A DNA stretch of 64,000 bases. Source: an uncultured delta proteobacterium (GTDB lineage Bacteria > Desulfobacterota > BSN033 > UBA1163). Every line of letters starts with the position of its first letter. Positions within the stretch are counted from its first letter, which is position 1. A program made the translations under genes and the position numbers. The DNA lies in contig CAVPSJ010000015.1 of NCBI GenBank assembly GCA_963708295.1, positions 192,001 to 256,000 on the forward strand, read 5' to 3'. A model generated the notes under the pieces. That model did not search any database. It worked only from the letters and a program-made list of their open reading frames with translations, and was not told where the DNA came from. Below, one piece after another: positions 9,260 through 18,408 of this stretch.

Positions 9260-10456
9260 ATGTTCAGAACCCTACCCCCGACAGCGGCCCCTCTCCAATT
9301 CCAGGATCTTTTATCCGGGGTATTTTCGACTTTGGTCGACCACGGAGCCGAGTCCGGATTGAAGGGGCAAATCCAGGAATATTTCAAGGTGAAGCATGTA
9401 TTTCTCATTTCTTCCGGGAAGGCAGCGCTCTATCTCTCATTAAGAGCAATGCAGCAATCCTCTAAAAGGAAGGAGGTAATCATCCCGGCTTACTCGAGCT
9501 TTTGCCTGGCCTCTGCAGTCGCCCGCACAGGTCTGCCGGTTAAGTTATGTGATATTGATCCGGAAACGCTTGATTTTGATTTGGCTAAGCTGAAATCGAT
9601 GATCACTGAAGAAACCTTGGCCGTTATTCCGGTCCACAACTATGGTCTGGTCTGCAATATGAAGGAGATTCAGGAGATCGCCCTGGGAAAAGGCGCTTAT
9701 GTGCTTGAGGATGCAGCCCAGGCAGCAGGCGCCCAGCTCGGAAAGCGCAAGGCCGGTACGATCGGAGATATCGGCATCCTCAGCCTGGGACGGGGTAAGA
9801 ATATCTGTGCCCTGGGAGGAGGGGTTATTCTTACTGACCGAGAACCACTGGCGTTCCTGATCGACGAATTGCTGGACCTCTACCCGCGAGAACGTTCCTT
9901 CCCGGAATGTTCAAGTATGTTGACGGGCATGGGGCTGAGTCTTTTTCTTGATCCGGAAAGGTATGCTGTTCCTGCTCATCTGTCTTTTTTGAACCTTGGC
10001 GCCAACGTTTTCGACCCGGATTTTAGAATTGCCGGACTTTCGAACGTGAATGCGGAAGTAGGACGACGTGCCTTTTTATCCCTTGATCCATACAATGAAA
10101 TTCGCATACGGAATGCCCGCCTCCTCGACCATAACCTTTGCCAGAATGAGTCGCTGAGAATTCCGAAGCCCCTTGTTGGCGGACAGCCTGTTTACCTGAG
10201 GTTTCCGATTGTATTTCCGGAAAAAGAGGTGCGTCGCCGTGTGTTCTGGATACTAAGGCGGAGGCGGCTTGGAGCAAGCCGTAGCTACCCGGCCCCGCTA
10301 AACGAGATTCCCGCTTTTAGAAGATATCTTTGCGTTGAGGAGGATTATCCCGGAGCAAAGTTTGTCGCGGATAGAATCCTCACGCTGCCGACGCATCCTT
10401 ACGTGAACGAGGATGATCTCCAAAAAATAGTATCAAAAATTGACAGAATAACATGA
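9260..10456 (+). CDS. DegT/DnrJ/EryC1/StrS-family PLP aminotransferase
   Basis: SSGKAAL, VLEDAAQA, SLGRGKN, ILTLPTHP. Confidence 0.88.
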   Translation: MFRTLPPTAAPLQFQDLLSGVFSTLVDHGAESGLKGQIQEYFKVKHVFLISSGKAALYLSLRAMQQSSKRKEVIIPAYSSFCLASAVARTGLPVKLCDIDPETLDFDLAKLKSMITEETLAVIPVHNYGLVCNMKEIQEIALGKGAYVLEDAAQAAGAQLGKRKAGTIGDIGILSLGRGKNICALGGGVILTDREPLAFLIDELLDLYPRERSFPECSSMLTGMGLSLFLDPERYAVPAHLSFLNLGANVFDPDFRIAGLSNVNAEVGRRAFLSLDPYNEIRIRNARLLDHNLCQNESLRIPKPLVGGQPVYLRFPIVFPEKEVRRRVFWILRRRRLGASRSYPAPLNEIPAFRRYLCVEEDYPGAKFVADRILTLPTHPYVNEDDLQKIVSKIDRIT

Positions 10457-10679
10457 ACTGGGTTTATTGAGTTCCAAATAACAGCAGCACCGCAGCACTA
10501 TTAATGGGTTACTTGGGTTTGTTGAGTTCATTGAGTTTATCGGGTTCAAAACTCATAAGTCAAGACTTGAAGTTAGTAACTCATTAACTCACTTGCTTAT
10601 TTTCTTTTGCCTCATTCCAACAGCAGCACCGCAGCACTTTTAAACAACTCAAAACTCATAACTCACCATTCAAAATTCC
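10457..10679. repeat. Composite intergenic repeat tract (families A, B, F, G)
   Basis: GGGTTACTTGGGTTTGTTGAGTTCATTGAGTT, CAGCAGCACCGCAGCAC x2, AACTCAAAACTCATAACTC. Confidence 0.85.
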
Positions 10680-11798
10680 ATGTTAAATATATTAACCATC
10701 GACCTCGAAGATTACTTCCAGGTTCACGCTTTTTCAAGGGTCATCAGATATGAAGACTGGGACAAATTCGAATGCCGCATCGAACGCAACACCGACCGCC
10801 TCCTCGAAATTCTTAACGGTTCGCCAATAAATGACCGCAGCACAGCAGCACTTCATAACCCATTAACTCATTCACTCAATAACCCATCACGTGAGGTTTC
10901 AGAACCGCAGCGCTGCAGCACTTCATCACCCAATAACTCAATAACTCATTCACTCAATACCTCATTAACTCAAAGGGGCAAGGCGACTTTCTTTGTTTTG
11001 GGCTGGATCGCCGAACGATATCCTGATCTGGTTCGAAGGATTCAAAAAGAAGGTCATGAGATCGCCTGCCATGGTTACGCACACCAGCTTGTCTACACTC
11101 AATCCAGAGACGAATTCAGACAGGACGTCAGGAGAGCCAAATCTATTCTTGAAGATATCACAGGCAAAGAGGTCATCGGTTATCGTGCACCGACTTACTC
11201 CATAACAAATAAGTCAAAGTGGGCTTTTGACGTTCTGGTCGAAGAAGGATTCAAATATGACTCCAGCATCTTCCCGATTCGGCACGATTTCTACGGTATG
11301 CCTGAAGCCCCAAGGTTTCCTTTCGTCGTTTCCTTGAACGGAAACGACAATGTTGAGTTTTCAGTTTTGAATTTTGAATTTAATACTGCATCACTTAATA
11401 ACTCATTAACTCATTCACTTATTAACCCATCATCTGACATTTCAGCACCGCAGCACCGCAGCACCGCAGCACATTATTCAATTATTGAATTTCCCCTTTC
11501 CACCGTGAAACTCTTCGGCGGCAATTTCCCCGTCTCCGGAGGCGGCTACTTCAGGCTGTTCCCCTATTCACTGATAAGAAAGGGTCTCAAAAGCATTAAC
11601 GAGAAGGAAGGGAAGCCATTTATATTTTACATGCATCCCTGGGAGATTGATTTTGAGCAACCAAGAATCAAGGGTGTTTCTCCGAGATCAAAATTCCGTC
11701 ACTACGTCAACCTCAATAAAACTGGATTTAGGCTCAAGAGACTCCTATCCGATTTCCAATTCTCAAATATTCGGCAGCTCTTAACTCAAAATGCATAA
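10680..11798 (+). CDS. Polysaccharide deacetylase, PEP-CTERM locus type (TIGR03006-like), with two repeat-derived insertions
   Basis: [53 protein letters not shown]. Confidence 0.92.
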   Translation: MLNILTIDLEDYFQVHAFSRVIRYEDWDKFECRIERNTDRLLEILNGSPINDRSTAALHNPLTHSLNNPSREVSEPQRCSTSSPNNSITHSLNTSLTQRGKATFFVLGWIAERYPDLVRRIQKEGHEIACHGYAHQLVYTQSRDEFRQDVRRAKSILEDITGKEVIGYRAPTYSITNKSKWAFDVLVEEGFKYDSSIFPIRHDFYGMPEAPRFPFVVSLNGNDNVEFSVLNFEFNTASLNNSLTHSLINPSSDISAPQHRSTAAHYSIIEFPLSTVKLFGGNFPVSGGGYFRLFPYSLIRKGLKSINEKEGKPFIFYMHPWEIDFEQPRIKGVSPRSKFRHYVNLNKTGFRLKRLLSDFQFSNIRQLLTQNA

Positions 11799-11799
11799 C

Positions 11800-11955
11800 C
11801 TCCTTAATAAAATTTGAATTTTAAGTGTTGAATGTTGAATTAACTCAAAACTCAAAATTGGTGGTTTATTTTGTTATTAAGAAACCGCAGCACCGCATCA
11901 CTGCTTCATCGGTCATTCAAAGCTGGCAACTCAAAATTCACACTTCATAACTTCT
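11800..11955. repeat. 7-mer family F (TTTTGAA/TTCAAAA) inverted tract plus family B
   Basis: TTTGAATTTTAAGTGTTGAATGTTGAATT followed by AACTCAAAACTCAAAATT; CCGCAGCACCGCATCAC. Confidence 0.8.
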
Positions 11956-11967
11956 TTTAAGCATAGG

Positions 11968-11996
11968 TTGACATTTCGTTTTAGGAAGTGTACACT
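11968..11996 (+). promoter_or_regulatory. sigma70 promoter of TA pair 1 with palindromic candidate operator
   Basis: TTGACA-N17-TACACT; the AAGTGTACACTT palindrome overlaps the -10. Confidence 0.75.
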
Positions 11997-12026
11997 TATT
12001 TGAAAAGCGTCATGTGAGGGCTGGCC

Positions 12027-12260
12027 ATGGAAATAAATGCAAAGCAGGCAAGAGCGAAACTGAGCTCCCTTCTCAAAAGGGTGGAAGAGGGCGGTGAGGT
12101 GGTAGTTCTTCGCCGCGGTAAAAGAATTGCTCGCCTGGTACCCGCCGGGAAGAAACAGGCAAGGCTACCCACCTTGAAGGAATTCCGGGCCTCGATCCGG
12201 ATCAAAGGGGAACCGTTGAGCACGGGTGTCATAAGGGGCAGACAGAGGGAGCGTTTCTAA
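12027..12260 (+). CDS. Phd/YefM-family antitoxin
   Basis: INAKQARAKLSSLLKRVEEGGEVVVLRRGKRIARLVP. Confidence 0.9.
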   Translation: MEINAKQARAKLSSLLKRVEEGGEVVVLRRGKRIARLVPAGKKQARLPTLKEFRASIRIKGEPLSTGVIRGRQRERF

Positions 12261-12682
12261 TGGTTTATGTCGATACAAGCGTGTTAGTCGCCTATTATTG
12301 CCCCGAACGCCTGAGCGAGAAAGCTGAGGAGCTGCTTACAAGTTATCTTAGGCCTGCGATCAGTTCTCTAACAGAGGTTGAATTATTCTCGGCTGTCTCA
12401 GGAAAAGTCCGAAGGAAGGAAATCAATCTAAAAGATGCCGGTCGGGTGACAGCGAGGTTTTTGGCCCATAGGGATGCTGATCACTATACGTATATTCCAG
12501 TTGAGGGACACCATTATCGTCTGGCAAGGGATTGGATTGGAATGTTTAAAATGGAGCTCCGAACTCTCGATGCAATTCATCTGGCAGTGGCCTCGTCAGA
12601 AGGACTGACTCTCCTAACATCGGATAAGGGACTCTTCAAATCAGCGAGCGCCCTGGCGCAGGACGCCATCCTGCTGGAATAG
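12260..12682 (+). CDS. vapC: VapC-family PIN toxin
   Basis: VYVDTSVLV, E.FSA, LRTLDAIHLA, LLTSDKGL; translationally coupled (TAATG). Confidence 0.9.
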   Translation: MVYVDTSVLVAYYCPERLSEKAEELLTSYLRPAISSLTEVELFSAVSGKVRRKEINLKDAGRVTARFLAHRDADHYTYIPVEGHHYRLARDWIGMFKMELRTLDAIHLAVASSEGLTLLTSDKGLFKSASALAQDAILLE

Positions 12683-12697
12683 ATTCTGGCCGCATCC

Positions 12698-12945
12698 ACA
12701 ATTCAAAATTCATAACTCAAAATTGATAAATTGTTAGCTCATTCACTCAATAGCTCAAGGAACCCAAGTTACCCAACGAACCCAATAACCCGATAAACTC
12801 AAAAACACAGCAACACAGCAGGACTCATTAACTCAATGACCTCATAACTCATTATCTCATTCAAAATTCAAACCTGGTAACTTAAAAACTCAATAACTTA
12901 TTCTTATAAGTACCGCAGCACATAGTAACTCATTCCCTCATCTCC
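12698..12945. repeat. C/A-rich composite repeat tract between the TA pairs (families F, G, A, B)
   Basis: TTCAAAATTCATAACTCAAAATT, AACCCAAGTTACCCAACGAACCCAATAACCCGATAAACTC, ACCGCAGCAC. Confidence 0.85.
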
Positions 12946-12968
12946 TTATGAACGATCTGAACATTCCC

Positions 12969-12997
12969 TTGACAATCTGCCTTGAGTGGTGTACACT
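12969..12997 (+). promoter_or_regulatory. sigma70 promoter of TA pair 2 (probably near-leaderless mRNA)
   Basis: TTGACA-N17-TACACT, GTGTACAC palindrome, ATG at 13007. Confidence 0.72.
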
Positions 12998-13006
12998 GTG
13001 ACTACA

Positions 13007-13306
13007 ATGAAGGTGAATATCAGAAAAGCCAGAGAGAACTTCTCGGAGATCATCAACCGAGTCACCGCAAAAGGGGAGAGAGTTATCCTGACCTCAAGAG
13101 ATAAGCCCAAGGCAGCCATCGTGAGTCTCAAAGATGCAGCGGCCATAGGAGACAAGTCCATGAGGAAGGCAAAAAGGCTCCATCAGCTGGAAAAAATCAG
13201 GAAGATGAGACAGAAACTGGCTCGAAAGAGATTAACGGACGATTCACTGGAGGCATTGGGAAAGATCAGAGAGGAAAGGGTTGAAGAACGATCAAGTGGC
13301 GGTTGA
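13007..13306 (+). CDS. Phd/YefM-family antitoxin
   Basis: VNIRKARENFSEIINRV...ERVILTSRDKPKAAIVS. Confidence 0.88.
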   Translation: MKVNIRKARENFSEIINRVTAKGERVILTSRDKPKAAIVSLKDAAAIGDKSMRKAKRLHQLEKIRKMRQKLARKRLTDDSLEALGKIREERVEERSSGG

Positions 13307-13706
13307 TGCCAGTTTTCTTTTGAAAATGTTTCTTCCCGAGAACAAGAGTGATCAAGCAGAAGAACTCTGGAGGGCTTGGGTTGGAGATCATGTAGAAATC
13401 GTTGCCCCTACCCTTATTATATTTGAAGTGTCTTCTGTCATAAGGAACAAGGTTTTTAGGGGTATGTTGACCGAGAGAGAGGGTAGAGAATTGATAAGTA
13501 TGCTGAGACAACTTGACATTTCATTAGTCTATGATGAGGAGCTCTTGGACATAGCATGGGAAATCGGGACCATCCTTAATAGCCCGAATCTATACGACTG
13601 TTTCTATCTTGCCCTGCCGAAACTGCTAAGGATACCTCTTTGGACAACGGATAAGAAACTATTCCAATCCGCCCAAAAAGAATTTGCATTTGTAAATCTA
13701 TTGTAG
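13281..13706 (+). CDS. vapC: VapC-family PIN toxin
   Basis: VAVDASFLLK, APTLIIFEV, LYDCFYLAL, LWTTDKKL. Confidence 0.88.
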   Translation: MKNDQVAVDASFLLKMFLPENKSDQAEELWRAWVGDHVEIVAPTLIIFEVSSVIRNKVFRGMLTEREGRELISMLRQLDISLVYDEELLDIAWEIGTILNSPNLYDCFYLALPKLLRIPLWTTDKKLFQSAQKEFAFVNLL

Positions 13707-13795
13707 GCCGACCTCACGCATTGCAACACCAATCACCCAAGTAACCCAATAAACTCAAATGACAGCATCACCGCAGTACTTATTAACTTAGGATT

Positions 13796-14896
13796 ATGGC
13801 CACAATCAGATTCTATCAAGATCTTGATAAAGAGCGATGGGATTCTTACGTTTTGAACCATCCCGACGGAACCTTTTTCCACCTCATCGGCTGGAAAGCA
13901 GTCATTGAAAAGACGTTTCGTCACAGATCCTATTATCTCATTGCTGAAAGCAGCGGCAGCTCAAACAACCCAAGTAACCCAAGTAACCCAAGCAACCCAA
14001 GTAACTCAAATAACCCAAGCAACCCGATTGTCGGGATCCTTCCACTTTTTTCCGTCAAGAGCTTTCTTTTCTGCAAATCTCTCGTTTCCGTTCCTTTCGC
14101 TGCCTATGGAGGGATCCTGGCTGATAACCCACAAGCTGCGGGTCAACTCTTCGATAAAGCCAAGGAAATAACCCGCTCCGAAGGGTTAGATTATCTTGAA
14201 CTCAGGAGTAAGGTCGGAGGGATTGATCTTCTACCCCAGAAAGAGCTCTATGTACTCTTCCGAAGAGAAATATTTGAAGACCTTGAATCCAATATGAATG
14301 CGATTCCGAGAAAGTCTCGAAGGATGATACGAGTCGGAGAGAAAGCGGGGTTGAGTTATACGTTCGGCCGTGAAGAATTACTTCCTGAATTTTATGATAT
14401 CCTTGCCAGAAGTTACCATCGACTCGGCAGCCCGGTCTTTTCAATTGAACTATTCGAAAACTTATTGGAACAATTGAAGGAGCAAGCCAACATTTTGCTT
14501 GTCAAGAATCGAGAAGGCAAGTCCATATCCAGCGTGTTGACTTTTTTTTACAAAGATCAAGTCCTTCCTTATTATGCCGGCTCCCTCCTTGAATACAGAG
14601 ATCTGGCTCCAAATGACTATATGTACTGGCAATTGATGCGATATGGATATGAAAATGGCTGCAAGTTATTTGACTTTGGAAGAAGCAAAGTGGATACAGG
14701 ATCGTACGACTTCAAGAGGCATTGGGGCTTTGAGCCAGAGCCTTTACCTTATCAATATTTCTTGAACCGGATGAATGAAATCCCAAACCTCAGCCCGGCA
14801 AACCCGAAATATCAGAAAAAGATCGAGATCTGGCGGAAACTGCCGTTTCTGGCTACTAGAATCATTGGACCTCATATTGTCAAATATATTCCGTAA
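13796..14896 (+). CDS. FemAB-related protein, PEP-CTERM system type (TIGR03019-like), with SNP-repeat insertion
   Basis: TFFHL.GW, LVSVPFAAYGG, PYYAG, FDFGRSK.DTG, FKRHWGF, NPKY. Confidence 0.92.
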   Translation: MATIRFYQDLDKERWDSYVLNHPDGTFFHLIGWKAVIEKTFRHRSYYLIAESSGSSNNPSNPSNPSNPSNSNNPSNPIVGILPLFSVKSFLFCKSLVSVPFAAYGGILADNPQAAGQLFDKAKEITRSEGLDYLELRSKVGGIDLLPQKELYVLFRREIFEDLESNMNAIPRKSRRMIRVGEKAGLSYTFGREELLPEFYDILARSYHRLGSPVFSIELFENLLEQLKEQANILLVKNREGKSISSVLTFFYKDQVLPYYAGSLLEYRDLAPNDYMYWQLMRYGYENGCKLFDFGRSKVDTGSYDFKRHWGFEPEPLPYQYFLNRMNEIPNLSPANPKYQKKIEIWRKLPFLATRIIGPHIVKYIP

Positions 14897-14912
14897 CAAT
14901 ACTTAAGGGAGG

Positions 14913-15437
14913 AGGTGTGAGGTTGGAGGCAAAAGATAATAATCATAAGGTTGCTGCAGGTTCCATGAGAATAAGCGATAAATTTGTATTCCCATTTGAG
15001 AAACTTGAGGTGTGGCAGATGTCAGTTGATTTAGCGGAGAAGGTTCTCGATCTTCTTGAAGGAGTACCTCAAAATAAGCACATTCGTTTAGTTGGTCAAA
15101 TTGAGTCGGCAGTAACTTCTTCAGCGCAGAACATAGCTGAGGGTAGAGGCAGACAATACAAGAAGGAGTTTATCCAATTCTTACATATAGCCCAAGGGTC
15201 CATCTTTGAGGTAGTAACATTGAATGAGATCTTTCGGAGAAGGGCAATCTTTGCAGCTGAGGATACGAATGAGGTCAGATTTCGCTGCGAGCAGATTGAT
15301 CGTAAGTTAAACGGTTTAATTAACTCTCTTCGTGGTAATAAGCGCAAAAAGCCTGTAGGATTCGCCTGATACGTTTCGAATTATGCCTCAGACGGGTATA
15401 GTTGCCTTCGGCCTCAAATGAAGTGGTCCTCACACCT
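14913..15437. repeat. Family D inverted repeats bracketing FHB#4
   Basis: AGGTGTGAGG (14913-14922) / CCTCACACCT (15428-15437); inner GAGGCA / TGCCTC pair. Confidence 0.7.
14965..15369 (+). CDS. Four helix bundle protein #4
   Basis: FPFEKLEVWQ, QIESAVTSSAQNIAEGRGR, KEFIQFLHIAQGSIFEVVT. Start is ATG 14965 or GTG 14917. Confidence 0.92.
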   Translation: MRISDKFVFPFEKLEVWQMSVDLAEKVLDLLEGVPQNKHIRLVGQIESAVTSSAQNIAEGRGRQYKKEFIQFLHIAQGSIFEVVTLNEIFRRRAIFAAEDTNEVRFRCEQIDRKLNGLINSLRGNKRKKPVGFA

Positions 15438-15447
15438 ACAACGGTGT

Positions 15448-15643
15448 GGCAGCAAGCAACCAGCACCCGGCAACCAGAATCGAGTATCCAGTTTCTTGCT
15501 TCTGGTTTCTGGTTTCTTGATCTCCGATTCTAACCAGTAACGAGCAACTAGAAACTAGCAACTAGAAACGAGCAGCAAGCAACCAGCATCCAGCAACCAG
15601 ACAGCCAGAAACCAGCAACCAGAACCAGCAACCAGCAACCAGA
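15448..15643. repeat. 7-mer family E (CAGCAAC/CAGAAAC) with an internal inverted block
   Basis: GTTTCTTGCTTCTGGTTTCTGGTTTC, then (CCAGCAA/CTAGAAA)n directly up to the ATG at 15644. Confidence 0.9.
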
Positions 15644-17111
15644 ATGAAGATTTTATACATCGCCCACCGTATTCCTTATCCTCCGAACAAGGGGGATAAG
15701 ATTCGGTCTTTTAATGAAATAAAGTACCTTTCCCAAAAGCATGAAATTCATCTTACCTGTTTAGCAGACGATCCCAAGGACCTAAAATATGAAGAGGAAT
15801 TAAAAAAATATTGTAAAGCGGTCAGGGTTGTTCTTATCAATCCCCAATTGGCGAAGTTGAAAAGTATCTTTTATCTATTGACCAAGCAACCATTGACCAT
15901 CCCTTATTTCTATTCATCAAAGCTCCAACAGACTGTTGACCAATTGCTATCGACCAATGACTACGATGCAATATTTTGCTTTTCATCTCCCATGGCTGAG
16001 TATGTCTTTAGATCCAGGTTGCTTGTTTCTAGTTTCTTGCAGCTTGATGAATACCGGCAACCAGCGACCAGCGGCCAGCAACCAAAAATCAGTAACTAGA
16101 AACGAGCGACTGGAAACAAGTGACCAGCAACCGGAAACCAGCAACCGGAAACCAGCATCCAGCAACCAGCAACCAAGATTAATCATGGACTTTGTCGACG
16201 TCGATTCAGACAAGTGGGCACAATACTCGAAATATGCACGGTTTCCAATGTCCTGGATCTATGCATTGGAAGGCCGAAGGTTGGCTGATTATGAAAGGAA
16301 CGTTGCGGAGACCTTTGATCATTCGATTTTTGTAACGGAAGCAGAGGTGAAAATATTTAAGGGTAAAAATCCCCATATCCAAAACGTTTCCGTTATCTCC
16401 AACGGCGTTGATCTTGACTACTTTTCCCCCAATTATCTTCACCAGGAATCAACTATCGACCAACGACCATCGGCAAATGAACGAGGTTCTTCGACTATCA
16501 ACCAACATCCAGCAACCATCAACCAGCCTCCGGAAACGAGCAACAAGCAACAAGCACCCAGCACCCAGCCTCCAGAATCAAGCAACCAGCAACCAGTTAT
16601 CGTTTTCACCGGCGCCATGGACTACTATGCCAACATAGACGGAGTGGTCTGGTTTGCAAAAGAAATTTTGCCTTTGATTAAGAAAGAAATCCCTGAAATA
16701 CAGTTTTTCATTGTTGGCAGCAACCCAACGAAAGAAGTTCTCTCTTTGTCTTCAAACAATGGTGTTACGGTAACAGGGTATGTCCCCGATACCAGGGAAT
16801 ATTTAAGTAAGGCGACGGTTGTCGTTGTCCCATTAAGAATAGCCAGAGGCATTCAGAACAAGATCCTTGAAGCCATGGCTATGGGTTTGCCTGTGGTCGC
16901 CACTCCGCAGGCATTTGAAGGAATTGATGCCCGGCCCAAGAGAGATCTGATCTTGGAAGAAAATACAGAGAAGTTTGGGGAGAGTGTAGTTCAACTCATA
17001 AGGAACATCTATCTGAGGAAATGCCTTGGTGATAATGCAAGAAAAGCTGTCGAAGACAACTACAGCTGGGTGAAGAACTTGGGCAAGTTAGACGAAGTCA
17101 TGTCACCTTAG
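15644..17111 (+). CDS. GT4 glycosyltransferase, PEP-CTERM/EpsH1-associated (TIGR03087-like); frameshift inside a repeat insertion
   Basis: AHRIPYPPNKGDKIRS, DFVDVDSDKW, FTGAMDYYANIDGV, ARGIQNKILEAMA. Confidence 0.9.
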
Positions 17112-17159
17112 GTTTCCTCTATTTGCAAGACTTGCACCTCCTCCTTTTAGGTTCTCCAG

Positions 17160-18323
17160 ATGATAGAGAATGGGCGACCGTTAATAGTGCATATCATTCG
17201 TCGGCTTAGCATGGGTGGTTTGGAAAATGGATTGGTCAATTTAATCAACCATATGGATCCGGCGCGCTATCGTCACGCTATCTTATGCCTGAAGGATTAC
17301 AACGAGTTTTCTGAGCGGATTATACGAGAGGACGTAGATGTCATCGCTCTGAACAAACGAGAGGGACAGGATTTAAGTGTCCATATCCGGTTGTGGAGAG
17401 TTCTTCGAAAATTGCAACCTGCCATTGTCCATACGCGTAATCTCCCGGGATTGGAATATCTGGTTCCCTCTACATTCGCCGGCGTACCAGCACGGATTCA
17501 TGGCGAACACGGACGTGATATCTACGACCTGGATGGTTTGAATAAAAGATATATCCTGCTTCGTAAGCTTGTAAACCCTTTTACTCATCAATACATTGCG
17601 GTAAGCGGGGAGCTTGCGAATTGGCTGATTCGGAGTGTGGGCATCCGTCCTGATCGGGTGACGCAAATTTATAATGGAGTTGACCTCAAACGGTTTCATC
17701 CCCGTGATGGCGCGCGACCTTCGTTGGGACCACCGGACTTTGCATCCGCAGAAAACCTGGTTATAGGGACGGTGGGTAGAATGGAAACGGTCAAGAACCA
17801 GCTTACATTGGTCCAGGCCTTCCTGCAGCTTCTTGATCAAGAACCGAAAGCCCGAGAAAGGTTAAGGTTAGTTATCATAGGTAATGGTCCATTGCGGTTG
17901 GAGGCTGAAAAGCTATTGAAGGATGCGAAAGCGGACCGTCTTGCATGGCTACCTGGAGAGCGAGATGATGTCCCTGCGATCATGCGATCTTTGGATCTAT
18001 TTGTCCTGCCCTCTCTTAGAGAGGGAATTTCTAATACGATTCTTGAGGCGATGGCTAGTGGCCTACCCGTCGTGGCTACCCGGGTAGGAGGAAACCCTGA
18101 ATTAGTCGAAGAGCGGAAAACTGGATTACTGAATCCCCCTGCAAATTCGATACCTTTGGCTGAAGCTATTCGATCCTATCTTCTACATCCGGAATTACTG
18201 TCTATCCATGGCCAAGCGGGCCGAAAACGAGCAGAAGAGTGCTTTAGTTTAGAGAAAATGGTAAGTGGATATACGGCTGTTTATGATAAATTGCTGGAGC
18301 GAAGGAAAAGGGCGGATAGATAA
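17160..18323 (+). CDS. GT4 glycosyltransferase (TIGR03088-like)
   Basis: GGLENGLVNLIN, HGEHGRD, EGISNTILEAMASGLPVVATRVGGNPELV. Confidence 0.92.
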   Translation: MIENGRPLIVHIIRRLSMGGLENGLVNLINHMDPARYRHAILCLKDYNEFSERIIREDVDVIALNKREGQDLSVHIRLWRVLRKLQPAIVHTRNLPGLEYLVPSTFAGVPARIHGEHGRDIYDLDGLNKRYILLRKLVNPFTHQYIAVSGELANWLIRSVGIRPDRVTQIYNGVDLKRFHPRDGARPSLGPPDFASAENLVIGTVGRMETVKNQLTLVQAFLQLLDQEPKARERLRLVIIGNGPLRLEAEKLLKDAKADRLAWLPGERDDVPAIMRSLDLFVLPSLREGISNTILEAMASGLPVVATRVGGNPELVEERKTGLLNPPANSIPLAEAIRSYLLHPELLSIHGQAGRKRAEECFSLEKMVSGYTAVYDKLLERRKRADR

Positions 18324-18391
18324 ATGGGTGAAGGAGCCGAATGGGTGAACAAATATTTGCTGGTTCACTACTTACCCATTCAGTTACCATG
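18322..18391. repeat. Small inverted ATGGGTGA / TACCCATT tract
   Basis: AATGGGTGAA x2 after the stop codon, then TTCACTACTTACCCATT before the next start. Confidence 0.6.
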
Positions 18392-18408
18392 GAAGGAAGA
18401 GCGTTGAT

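Noticed and set aside
11800-13790. Integron attC cassette array
   Set aside because: No integrase, and no consistent RYYYAAC/GTTRRRY attC boxes were identified around the TA pairs.
5958-15369. Diversity-generating retroelement (Avd-like genes)
   Set aside because: No reverse transcriptase and no TR/VR pair with adenine-specific mismatches were seen in the window.
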